Notes: generated from the letters alone by a model not told the origin. A stretch of 30,142 nucleotides of DNA from an uncultured Candidatus Saccharibacteria bacterium (GCA_964426785.1 CAYRRU010000001.1:1-30142); one strand, 5' to 3'. Counted from the stretch's first letter, positions 1 through 8,938 are shown. Made by a program: numbers and translations.

Positions 1-1397
1 TTTCGTGACTCAGGTTTATTCAAATCCATAAGGGGAATGATGTGGAAGTTTCCATTTCCTATGTGGCCAGCAATCGTGTCTATCAACTTGTATTCGTCCA
101 GAATGGCGTAGAGCTTCGGGAGGAACTCAGGGTACACCTCAGGTGACACGACAAAATCATCAATAAACGGAGATGCATAGTATCCAGAAAGATTTTTGCG
201 CAGAAGTGCGAAACTCTCCCTGCGCACCATCCAGTATTTCTCTGAAGCGCGTTCGTCTTTCAATACCTTGAGTGGAACTTTGTAGTGAAGGAGTGCGTCA
301 TGGGCTTCGCGCGCACGCTTCAGTGCAATCGCATGAGTGTCTTCTGAGAATTCCGCCATAAGCACAAGCTTTGGAACACCCCCACGAAGCACCATGAATA
401 ATTCCGGTAGGAAGGAAAGTCCAAGCTTAAAGGCTCTCCAGAATCCCATCTGCGCAAGCATCTGAGGAAGGAACCGCACTGCAAGCTTGAAGGTGTGATC
501 GTCGTATGACTCAAACGATTCTGGCTTGTATCGCAATACGTCACGCACGATGTGCGGAAGCTCCTTAATATCTTTGAGGAACACCACCAGCATAGACCGG
601 TATGGCTGAGGCTTTACGAGTGAAAGTTTTGCGCGCGTGGTGAAGGCAAGTGTTCCTTGGGCTCCGGTTATAAGTTTAGCGAGATTGAAGGAGTCGTCAC
701 TCTTCACCTCCCAGAGCGCATACCCAGCTGAGTTCTTTGAGACCTTAGGTTTTGCGGACTGTATAAGAGATTGATTTGCACTAATCAGTGCATCCATCTT
801 GCGATATATTTCTCCTTCAAATGTCTCCAGTCCTTTCTTTTGTTCCAGTTCAAGCAAGGACAGTGCTTTAAAGAGTGCAACGGATCCGTCAGACAACACC
901 ACTTCAAGTTCCTCTACATATTTACGGGTCTTGCCATATTCAAGTGTTCGCTCACCTCCTGAATCGTTGTTTATAATTCCGCCCATAGCGCAAATACCGC
1001 GGGACGCCGGGTATGAGGGTAGTATCAAATTCTTCTTGAGTGTTTCTTTCTCAAAATCCCGATAGTACACACCAGGCTCGGTGACAGCATATCCATCACC
1101 AACCTCCCACACGCGATTCATATATTTGGTAAACACGGCAACCACCGAACGCGTAAGTGAGCCTCCAGACATACAGGTCCCTGCAGAACGTGCTGTGACG
1201 GAAACATCCTCCCCTGACTCCTTTGCTTTTCTGACTTCGGTAATAAGTACGGACACATCGTGTGTGTCTTTGGGATACACCACAAGGGACGGCGTTCTCG
1301 TAAAGAGACTGGTGTCACGACTGTACTTCGTGCGCTCCTGCTGACTGTCGGTGACGTCACCTTTAAGTGAACTCGCGAGATTATCTTTCAAACCCAT
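1..1397 (-). CDS. FAD-linked oxidase/dehydrogenase (FAD_binding_4 + FAD-oxidase_C; GlcD / D-2-hydroxyacid dehydrogenase-like), 3' end runs off the window
   Basis: Missing from the ORF track because no stop lies in the window. Translated by hand from ATG 1397 with no stop over 465 codons: TARSAGTCMSGG, PASRGICAMGGIINNDSGGERTLEYGKTRKYVEELEVVLSDG, PKVSKNSAGY, GAQGTL, GHIGNGNFHIIP. Confidence 0.88.
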   Translation of the reverse strand, partial: MGLKDNLASSLKGDVTDSQQERTKYSRDTSLFTRTPSLVVYPKDTHDVSVLITEVRKAKESGEDVSVTARSAGTCMSGGSLTRSVVAVFTKYMNRVWEVGDGYAVTEPGVYYRDFEKETLKKNLILPSYPASRGICAMGGIINNDSGGERTLEYGKTRKYVEELEVVLSDGSVALFKALSLLELEQKKGLETFEGEIYRKMDALISANQSLIQSAKPKVSKNSAGYALWEVKSDDSFNLAKLITGAQGTLAFTTRAKLSLVKPQPYRSMLVVFLKDIKELPHIVRDVLRYKPESFESYDDHTFKLAVRFLPQMLAQMGFWRAFKLGLSFLPELFMVLRGGVPKLVLMAEFSEDTHAIALKRAREAHDALLHYKVPLKVLKDERASEKYWMVRRESFALLRKNLSGYYASPFIDDFVVSPEVYPEFLPKLYAILDEYKLIDTIAGHIGNGNFHIIPLMDLNKPESR

Positions 1398-1411
1398 ACG
1401 AGCAGTATAAC

Positions 1412-1816
1412 TTAGTCGTGTTTGCCAACGACTTTAAAGTTGATGTGTAAGTTAAAAAGATAGTTCAATGTTCCGGTCACACAGGCGACCATTATACGAG
1501 CGGGCAAGTAATGAAGACCGGTAAAGGTAACGAGAAGCGCAACTGCGGTTGTAATAAGAAATGCGCCACCTCCTGCAACTCCTACGAAATACAGGTATCC
1601 ATGATGCACCGCACGCTCAGTCCCACGAAACACATGTGCTCTCGCCAGAAAGTAGTTAAGCGAGACCGCGACTATAAAGGCAAAGGGAGTGGAGACGTAG
1701 TAGGGAATACCGAAGAACTCGGTCATCACCCACAACAACAGAAGATCAAAGGCAAATGTGGAGCCTCCAACGAGCGCATACTTAAGGAAGCGTTTGATGC
1801 CGTTTCGATCAATCAT
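1412..1816 (-). CDS. GtrA-family 4-TM membrane protein
   Basis: RFLKYALVGG..FAFDL, SLNYFL, ARIMVACVTGTLNYLFN are typical GtrA motifs. Start moved from 1906 to ATG 1816, which has a TACTAT -10 box 6 nt upstream. Confidence 0.85.
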   Translation of the reverse strand: MIDRNGIKRFLKYALVGGSTFAFDLLLLWVMTEFFGIPYYVSTPFAFIVAVSLNYFLARAHVFRGTERAVHHGYLYFVGVAGGGAFLITTAVALLVTFTGLHYLPARIMVACVTGTLNYLFNLHINFKVVGKHD

Positions 1817-1887
1817 GTGGTAATAGTAGCCGTCCACAGCCCATACACCTAGCTTCATGTTGCGTCCCCAGGTATACTCCTCAGCAC

Positions 1888-2811
1888 ATGGCATCCATCC
1901 CCGCACTCAAAATCACCAACCTCAAGAAACAGTATCCAAAAGGTGTAGAAGCTCTAAAAGGCGTGTCTCTGGAAATTGAAGAAGGGGAGTTTTTTGCACT
2001 TCTGGGTCCCAATGGCGCCGGCAAAACCTCACTCATCTCTATTGTCTCGCATTTGGTAAACAAAACATCAGGCGAGGTCCTGGTGCAGGGAGTGTCCGTT
2101 GATCAGGATTCAAGCAAGACCAAATCGTTTATCGGTCTCGTACCACAGGAGTTTAACTTTGATATTTTCAAGAAAGTTATTAATACCGTACTTGATCAGG
2201 CTGGATACTACGGCATTCCGCGCAAAGAAGCACTTCCACGAGCGGAGAAGATACTTAAGCAGTTGGGATTGTGGGAGAAGAAGGATGCGACAGCCCGCGA
2301 ACTATCCGGAGGCATGAAGCGCAGGCTCCTCATCGCGCGCGCGCTCATCCATGAGCCAAAAGTACTTCTGCTTGATGAACCTACAGCCGGTGTTGATGTT
2401 GAACTACGTCGCGGTATGTGGGACTTCTTGCGGGAACTGAATGAAGGAGGCACCACGATCATTCTCACCACACACTACCTAGAAGAGGCAGAACAACTCT
2501 GTCGTCGTGCAGCCATCATCAATAAAGGAGAGATTATTCAGGAAGGTTCAATGAAGGAACTTCTTGCAAAGCTGAACTACGTCACGGTGCTTCTGGACAC
2601 CGTTGAACCGATAACCGAAGCGGTGGTGCAGTTGGTCAAAGGCCAGCCTCTTAAAAAGGTGGACGATAACACCTTTGAACTCACGCTTGCGCCGGGAGAG
2701 ACGATGAACGATGCGTTTCGCAAGCTTTCATCGGTTGGTGTGCAAATTGCAAACGTGCGCAACTCAGGCAGTCGTCTTGAAGAAGTATTCGTTAACCTAA
2801 CTACCGTATGA
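1888..2811 (+). CDS. yadG: ABC-2 type transporter ATP-binding subunit (YadG-like)
   Basis: Walker A GPNGAGKT, signature LSGGMKRR, Walker B LLLDEP, switch LTTHYLEEAE. Confidence 0.9.
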   Translation: MASIPALKITNLKKQYPKGVEALKGVSLEIEEGEFFALLGPNGAGKTSLISIVSHLVNKTSGEVLVQGVSVDQDSSKTKSFIGLVPQEFNFDIFKKVINTVLDQAGYYGIPRKEALPRAEKILKQLGLWEKKDATARELSGGMKRRLLIARALIHEPKVLLLDEPTAGVDVELRRGMWDFLRELNEGGTTIILTTHYLEEAEQLCRRAAIINKGEIIQEGSMKELLAKLNYVTVLLDTVEPITEAVVQLVKGQPLKKVDDNTFELTLAPGETMNDAFRKLSSVGVQIANVRNSGSRLEEVFVNLTTV

Positions 2812-3578
2812 GATCTCCCGCTGTCGTTGGATACCTAACCATGGTTCGTGAGCAGTGGGTGCGTATCATACGTATTTGGTCTCAAACTCTGCTTCCGCCG
2901 GTGGTCACGAACGTCCTGTACTTCGTTATATTTGGAGGATTCATTGGAAGTCAGATTGCTGAGGTGAACGGGGTCTCCTACATGGCCTTCATTGTGCCGG
3001 GACTCGTCATGATGGCCATTATCACCAGTTCATATATGAACACGGTGTCCTCCTTTTACCTGGCTAAGTTCCAGAAGAACATTGAGGAGTTGCTGGTGTC
3101 TCCTATGCCGAGCTGGACGGTGGTGGCGGGGTATGTGACGGGAGGGGTGATACGCGGACTCATGGTTGGATTCATGGTGCTGGTGGTCTCGCTCTTCTTT
3201 ACACATCTGGCGATACACAACGTATTCATCATTATTGCAGCAGCACTCCTCACGAGCATTCTCTTCTCCCTTGCGGGCCTCGTAAACGGCATGTTCGCAA
3301 AGTCCTTTGATGCGATGAACATCATTCCTGCATTCGTCCTTACACCACTTACATACCTTGGCGGCATTTTCTATTCCATTCATCAACTTCCACCATTCTG
3401 GCAGACGGTATCACTTGCAAACCCTATTCTCTACATGGTGAATGCGTTCCGGTTTGGATTCCATGGTGCAAGTGACGTACCCGTTGGTACGAGCTTCATG
3501 GTGATTGGAGGATTCATTCTGGTCTTCCTCGCCGCAACACTTTTGTTCTTTAAGAGGGGAGACGGGTTGAAGAATTAG
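2808..3578 (+). CDS. yadH: ABC-2 type transporter permease (YadH-like)
   Basis: RIWSQTLLPPV, YMAFIVPGLVMM, AKFQKNIEELLVSP, LTPLTYLGGIFYSI; ATGA overlap with the ATPase gene. Confidence 0.9.
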   Translation: MRSPAVVGYLTMVREQWVRIIRIWSQTLLPPVVTNVLYFVIFGGFIGSQIAEVNGVSYMAFIVPGLVMMAIITSSYMNTVSSFYLAKFQKNIEELLVSPMPSWTVVAGYVTGGVIRGLMVGFMVLVVSLFFTHLAIHNVFIIIAAALLTSILFSLAGLVNGMFAKSFDAMNIIPAFVLTPLTYLGGIFYSIHQLPPFWQTVSLANPILYMVNAFRFGFHGASDVPVGTSFMVIGGFILVFLAATLLFFKRGDGLKN

Positions 3579-3588
3579 TACCAATCTC

Positions 3589-4746
3589 TTACGAAAACTT
3601 TCGCACTGAAGACTTGGTCTTTGCGTTTCCTGCGTGGAGGACAGACACTTCTGTTGGATACTCCTTTTCAACTGCAGCAGGGGCATTAACTTGCGGAAGG
3701 AATACTTTAATAGTTGTGCCTTTGTTGAGTGCACTCTTAATACTGATAGAACCGTGGTGCACACGTACAATCTCGTTCACGATAGCAAGTCCGAGACCGG
3801 ATGATCCTGTGCCGACGTTACGAGCGCGGGACGAGTCGGCGCGATAGAAGGGTTCAAACACGTGGTCCAGGTCCTTCTGCGCAATACCCACACCCTCGTC
3901 ACTCACGGTGACAATCACTTGCGCGTCTTCGTCCGCGTGTACGGATACCGCAACTGACTTATTCTTGTCCTTCGATGTGTAGTTGATCGCGTTCTTTACC
4001 AAGTTCGTGATCACCTGATCAAGCGCGGTTGCGTTGCCCATGCTGTATATTTCGTCGTCAGTTGTGACGGTGAGGGTAACGCCGCGGGAGTGGGCAAGTT
4101 CTTGGTGTCGGGCGACAACGGTTTGCGCAAGTTGTCCCATGTCGATGGACGACAACTTCATACTTCCGGGACGTACGAGCGTATCAAAGGTAAGGAGGTT
4201 GTTAATGGTTTCTGACATGCGATCAAGTTCAACGATCGTGTCTTCAAACACATCCCGAACATCAGCATTAATGCTCGGATCCATGAGTGCGACCTCCGTA
4301 TTCGTCTTTATAATCGCCATGGGGGTGCGTATCTCGTGCGCCACGTTTCCAATGAATCGCTTCTGAAACTGCAGAGAATTACGCGCAGGCCACAATGCAA
4401 AGCGAGCAACCAAAAACCCAAACATGCCGGCAAGAAGAATAATGCCAAAGAAAGCGTACATGAGCGTCTTCGTACGCACGATCTCGATAGACTGGGCTTG
4501 AGTGTTGGTGGTGGTTTGAAGCGCCCCCTGCACATCCTGAAGCGTGTGCTCACTTATGGAGTCTGAGGTTTGGCTCTGGGAATACCCTAAGGCCCACCAG
4601 AACACGCCGATCGTAAGGACGATCAGAACAACCTGCAACAATATGACATTTACGGTAGCCCGCACGAACGGGTTATACCGATAGCTATCCGTTGAGGCGG
4701 TAACCCACGCCGCGAATGGTCTCAAATAGTGGTACGCCGTCTTCAT
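3589..4746 (-). CDS. Two-TM sensor histidine kinase (HisKA + HATPase_c)
   Basis: H-box VAHEIRTP, N-box NLVKNAINY, G1 DEGVGI, F-box FEPFYRAD, G2 GSSGLGLAIV. Start codon uncertain because of a 62-nt overlap with the regulator. Confidence 0.9.
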   Translation of the reverse strand: MKTAYHYLRPFAAWVTASTDSYRYNPFVRATVNVILLQVVLIVLTIGVFWWALGYSQSQTSDSISEHTLQDVQGALQTTTNTQAQSIEIVRTKTLMYAFFGIILLAGMFGFLVARFALWPARNSLQFQKRFIGNVAHEIRTPMAIIKTNTEVALMDPSINADVRDVFEDTIVELDRMSETINNLLTFDTLVRPGSMKLSSIDMGQLAQTVVARHQELAHSRGVTLTVTTDDEIYSMGNATALDQVITNLVKNAINYTSKDKNKSVAVSVHADEDAQVIVTVSDEGVGIAQKDLDHVFEPFYRADSSRARNVGTGSSGLGLAIVNEIVRVHHGSISIKSALNKGTTIKVFLPQVNAPAAVEKEYPTEVSVLHAGNAKTKSSVRKFS

Positions 4747-5362
4747 AAGTATCTAGTTTTTTACGGAGGTTTTTCATATGCACATCAAGCACGTTCGAGA
4801 AGCCAGGGAAGTCAAAGCTCCACACGTGGTCCATGACTTGCTCACGTGGGATAGCTTCGCCCGGGCTTCTCATAAAGAACTCAAGGAGAGCGAATTCCTT
4901 AAGGGTTAGGGTAACAGGCTTTCCGCCTTTCGTAACGGAGTGCTTAGTTGGATCAAGCATAATGTCGCGAATAGAGAGCACGCTCGGAAGCGCTTGCTCA
5001 GGACGACGTAGTACAGCATTGATGCGCGCAATAAGTTCGTCAAAGGAGAAAGGCTTTGCCACGTAGTCGTCTGCACCAAGATTAAGAAGATCAATCTTGT
5101 ATTCCGTCTCGTCGCGCGCGGTCAATATGATGATCGGCGTGGTGACGCCCTCGGCACGCGCATCGCGGCAAATAGTCGCGCCATCAATCCCCGGCAACAT
5201 GAGATCAAGGAGAATGAGATCGTACTCACTACGATAGAGAAGAATGCGTGTACGCGCCTTCTCGCTGTCAGCAAGCCAGTCAACCGTGAAGCCTTTCATC
5301 TCAAGACCTTTCTTGAGAGCCGTTGCAAGTTTTACTTCGTCTTCAACAATGAGGATACGCAT
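4685..5362 (-). CDS. OmpR/PhoB-family response regulator
   Basis: MRILIVEDE, phosphoacceptor DLILLDLMLP, GADDYVAKPF, winged helix LTLKEFALLEFF..NVLDVHMKNLRKKL..ETIRGVGYRL. Confidence 0.95.
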   Translation of the reverse strand: MRILIVEDEVKLATALKKGLEMKGFTVDWLADSEKARTRILLYRSEYDLILLDLMLPGIDGATICRDARAEGVTTPIIILTARDETEYKIDLLNLGADDYVAKPFSFDELIARINAVLRRPEQALPSVLSIRDIMLDPTKHSVTKGGKPVTLTLKEFALLEFFMRSPGEAIPREQVMDHVWSFDFPGFSNVLDVHMKNLRKKLDTYEDGVPLFETIRGVGYRLNG

Positions 5363-5418
5363 AGAGATGGGTATTAGTGCTAATTAATTGCTTTAGGCCA
5401 AGTATGACGGTAGACACC

Positions 5419-5434
5419 TTAAGACTTCATGAAG
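5419..5434. promoter_or_regulatory. Possible OmpR-type tandem binding site
   Basis: TTAAG (5419-5423) and TGAAG (5430-5434) are 11 bp apart, upstream of the regulator gene. Confidence 0.25.
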
Positions 5435-5493
5435 AAGCTCTCTATGTAGACGTTTACCACTACCTTCAGCTTACACCTGATACACTGCACTCC

Positions 5494-5910
5494 ATGACCC
5501 GAAACGAGCACAAAACCTTGCTGGTGATTAAGACCTTTATCTTTAACGATGAGGGAAAGTTTCTCACCCTTCTACGCGCGGCAACGGCACCCACACGTCC
5601 ACTTACTTGGGATCTACCAGGTGGTATGTATGAGCGCGGAGAAGATCCTGAACTAAGTGCACGACGAGAAATAATGGAGGAAACAGGGCTTGAGGTTACG
5701 GACCTAACCTTGCTTGGACTCAAGGTTAAGGAGCGTCTTACGGACACGGACGAGCCCGTGGTTCGGGTCGCGTATAGGGCAAAAACTAGTACGACTCTCG
5801 TAACTCTCAGTTTTGAACACGGTGAGGCTAAATGGGTGTCTCCAGAGGAGTTTTTAGAGCTTGAATCTACGCCAAGTTGGAAGGACTTTGCTCGCGAGCA
5901 TCTTTTTTAA
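5494..5910 (+). CDS. NUDIX hydrolase
   Basis: Nudix box GGMYERGEDPELSARREIMEETGL. Start placed at ATG 5494, which has TACACT 7 nt upstream. Confidence 0.9.
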   Translation: MTRNEHKTLLVIKTFIFNDEGKFLTLLRAATAPTRPLTWDLPGGMYERGEDPELSARREIMEETGLEVTDLTLLGLKVKERLTDTDEPVVRVAYRAKTSTTLVTLSFEHGEAKWVSPEEFLELESTPSWKDFAREHLF

Positions 5911-5944
5911 GGTTGTCCCCAAGGCAAATTTGGGGGTCCGGGAG

Positions 5945-5982
5945 TACAATAGTAATCCGTTCCTTCACAACTTATGTAGGGG
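5945..5982 (+). promoter_or_regulatory. -10 box TACAAT followed by a weak NrdR-box-like sequence
   Basis: TACAAT at 5945-5950. ACAACTTATGTAGGGG (5967-5982) matches the acaCwAtATaTwGtgt consensus at about 10/16 positions by eye. Confidence 0.3.
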
Positions 5983-6016
5983 TCGAAAATCACTATTTTC
6001 TTCTCCTTACGTGCCC

Positions 6017-6081
6017 GTGTTGGATGCGTCAGAGAGTGTGCAAGCCGCGTAAGCGGTGCATTTGAGTCTCTGACATCACAC
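6017..6081 (+). other. Long imperfect RNA hairpin with GNRA loop upstream of nrdA
   Basis: GTGT/ACAC, GAT/ATC, GTCAGAGA/TCTCTGAC (8 bp), TGCA/TGCA, CCGC-GTAA-GCGG. No U-tract on either strand. Confidence 0.6.
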
Positions 6082-6133
6082 AGACAATGTTCGGACACCT
6101 AAGTTGTTATTATCAAATTGCACACATGTACGT

Positions 6134-8926
6134 ATGAAGCAGGTCAAAAAGCGAAATGGTCAGATTGTAGCGTTTGAAACAGCAAAAATTACTGAAGCAA
6201 TGCGTAAAGCATTCGCGTCAGTGTATGTTCCGGTTACTGATGAGATCCTTTCGCAGATGACCGATGCCATCGTGCTGAATGTTGAAGAAACATTCCCTGA
6301 ATCAACACCAACCGTTGAACATATTCAGGATCGTGTGGAGTTTGTGCTCATGGAAAATGGCTACCTTGAGGTCGCCAAGCACTACATCGTGTATCGCTAC
6401 GAACACGCAAAGATTCGCGAAGCAAAACAAGAAGAGGTAATTGAGAAGATTGAACTGAAAGAGTTGCAGGTGACGACGCGTTCAGGAAAGTCTGAACCAT
6501 ACAGCGAAGCACGCATCCGCGAAACGCTTGCAGAAGCTATTAAAGGATACGAGAACGATGTAGACACCGAAGCCGTCATCGGACATTTGAAGTACGAACT
6601 GTACGAGAACATTTCCACCGACGACATCATGCGTGCACTCACCATGGTGGTGCGTTCAACCATTGAACGCGACCCTGCGTATTCAAAGGTAGGAGCTCGT
6701 CTCCTCCTTTCTCGTATTTACGCAGACGTGTTCGGTCATGGATTTGATAAAACAAAGCTGAAAGAGATTCATGCGGATGTGTTCGTGCGCAACATCAAAG
6801 ACGGCATCACTAAGGAGTTGCTTGATGAGCGCATGACGCAGTTTGATATGAAGCGCATCACGGACGCATTCATTCCCGAGAACGATCAGCACTTTGAGTA
6901 TATGGGTCTTGAGATTCTCTCGTCCCGCTACTGCATGGAGGACGTAGAGACCAAGAAGCCGCTGGAGACCCCGCAGATGTTCTGGATGCGTATTGCGATG
7001 GGACTTGCCCTTAATGAGAGTGAGGAGACGCGCACCCAGTCCGCGCTTGAGTTCTATGATGTCCTTTCTAACTTCTACTACACCCCAGGAGGACGAACCC
7101 TCTTCCAGGCAGGAGCGAAAAAGGCCCAGCTTTCTAACTGTTTCTTGAACACTGTGCCGGACTCTCTGGACGGAATCTTCAAGTCGCTCTCAGACAACGC
7201 GCAGTACCTGAAGTGGTCAGGAGGCACCGGAACTGACTGGACGAACGTTCGTGCGACCGGTTCCTTTATTAAAGGTACGGGTGTGGGCTCCCAAGGTATC
7301 GTGCCGTTCCTTAAGATTGCAAACGATGTGAACGTGGCGATTAATCGCTCCGGCAAGCGCCGAGGCGCTGGCTGTGTGTACCTTGAGACCTGGCACCTTG
7401 ATATTGAGGACTTCCTTGAGCTTCGCAAAAACACGGGAGACGAGCGCCGTCGCACCCACGACATCAACACCGCAAACTGGATCCCGGATCTATTTATGAA
7501 GCGGGTGCGTGAGGGAGGTGACTGGACGATGTTCTCTCCTGAGGAAGTACCTGACCTCCATGAGACGTATGGCGCTGACTTTGAAAAACGTTATGTCGCA
7601 TACGAAGAGAAAGCAGACAAGGGTGAGATCAAACTCTGGAAGCGCATGCCGGCTAGTGATCTTTGGAAGAAGATGCTCGCCATGTTGTTTGAAACAGGTC
7701 ACCCATGGATTACGTGGAAGGATCCTTCAAACATTCGCTCACCACAGGATCATGCGGGTGTGATCCACAACTCAAACCTCTGTACGGAGATTACGCTTAA
7801 CACCGGGCCTGATGAGACTGCGGTGTGTACGTTGGGGTCACTCAACTTTGCAAAGTTTGTCGTTGATGGAAAGTTTGATCATGCACTGGTGGAGAAAGTC
7901 ACCACGACATCCATCCGCATGTTGGATAACGTGATTGATCTCAACTTCTATCCAACACCAGACTCAGAGCGTGGCAATACTCGTCATCGTCCTGTTGGAC
8001 TTGGGGTGCGTGGGTACCATGATGCGCTCTACATGCTCGGTATTGATTTTGATTCAACCGAAGCACTTGATTTTGCAGACGAGAGCATGGAGGTGGTTGC
8101 ATACCACGCCATCATGGCGTCTTCAAAGCTTGCGAAAGAGCGCGGTGTGTATTCAACCTATAAGGGAAGTAAGTGGGACCGTAACATCTTCCCGCAGGAC
8201 ACCATTGCGCTACTCTCCAAGGAACGAGGCGAAGAGATTCACCTGCCTGCAGAAGGGAAGCTTGATTGGGAAGCGGTTCGTGCGCACGTTAAAGAGCACG
8301 GTATGAGGAACTCAAACCTCATGGCCATTGCCCCAACTGCCTCTACCGCAAACCTGGTCGGCTGTATCCCGTGTGTAGAGCCTATATACAAGAACATCTA
8401 CGTAAAGAGCAACAAGGAAGGGGACTTTGTGGTGGTGAACAAGTACTTGGTGGAGGATCTGAAGAAGCTTGGGTTGTGGAGCGAGAAGCTTCTCAACAAG
8501 CTCAAGTACTACGACGGCTCAGTCCAGATGATGGACGAGATTCCTGCTGACATCAAAGCAAAGTACAAGGAAGTGTTTGAAATTGATGCACGTTGGATTA
8601 TTGAAGCTGCAGCACGTCGTGGTCGTTGGATGGATCAGTCACAGTCACTCAACATCTTCTACAACGGAACATCAGGAAAGGAACTCTCCGAGATCTACTT
8701 CCTTGCCTGGGAGCGCGGACTGAAGACCACCTACTACCTGCGTACCCTTGGAGCGTCTCAGGTTGAGAAAGCGACCGTTTCAACTGCAGAGTTCGGCGCA
8801 ACACACACACGTGGAGCAAGTGTCGTGGGCGCAGTACCAGTCATCAGTGATGCAGAGATGCAAGCAAAGATGGCCCGCGTTGCTTCAGGGGAGGAAGTGG
8901 GAATTTGTGAATCGTGCGAAAGCTAA
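6134..8926 (+). CDS. nrdA: Class Ia ribonucleoside-diphosphate reductase alpha subunit with two N-terminal ATP-cone domains
   Basis: Catalytic LSNCF, NSNLCTEI, AVCTLGS, TTYYLR and C-terminal CESC; cones begin VKKRNG and VTTRSG. Start at ATG 6134. Confidence 0.96.
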   Translation: MKQVKKRNGQIVAFETAKITEAMRKAFASVYVPVTDEILSQMTDAIVLNVEETFPESTPTVEHIQDRVEFVLMENGYLEVAKHYIVYRYEHAKIREAKQEEVIEKIELKELQVTTRSGKSEPYSEARIRETLAEAIKGYENDVDTEAVIGHLKYELYENISTDDIMRALTMVVRSTIERDPAYSKVGARLLLSRIYADVFGHGFDKTKLKEIHADVFVRNIKDGITKELLDERMTQFDMKRITDAFIPENDQHFEYMGLEILSSRYCMEDVETKKPLETPQMFWMRIAMGLALNESEETRTQSALEFYDVLSNFYYTPGGRTLFQAGAKKAQLSNCFLNTVPDSLDGIFKSLSDNAQYLKWSGGTGTDWTNVRATGSFIKGTGVGSQGIVPFLKIANDVNVAINRSGKRRGAGCVYLETWHLDIEDFLELRKNTGDERRRTHDINTANWIPDLFMKRVREGGDWTMFSPEEVPDLHETYGADFEKRYVAYEEKADKGEIKLWKRMPASDLWKKMLAMLFETGHPWITWKDPSNIRSPQDHAGVIHNSNLCTEITLNTGPDETAVCTLGSLNFAKFVVDGKFDHALVEKVTTTSIRMLDNVIDLNFYPTPDSERGNTRHRPVGLGVRGYHDALYMLGIDFDSTEALDFADESMEVVAYHAIMASSKLAKERGVYSTYKGSKWDRNIFPQDTIALLSKERGEEIHLPAEGKLDWEAVRAHVKEHGMRNSNLMAIAPTASTANLVGCIPCVEPIYKNIYVKSNKEGDFVVVNKYLVEDLKKLGLWSEKLLNKLKYYDGSVQMMDEIPADIKAKYKEVFEIDARWIIEAAARRGRWMDQSQSLNIFYNGTSGKELSEIYFLAWERGLKTTYYLRTLGASQVEKATVSTAEFGATHTRGASVVGAVPVISDAEMQAKMARVASGEEVGICESCES

Positions 8927-8938
8927 TCAGACAGACCT

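Noticed and set aside
5950-6133. Cobalamin riboswitch before nrdAB
   Set aside because: No B12-box or conserved GGGAA/GCCACUG elements seen.
6134-8926. Intein or group I intron in nrdA
   Set aside because: Continuous ORF, with its length explained by two ATP cones; no intein or homing-endonuclease motifs seen.
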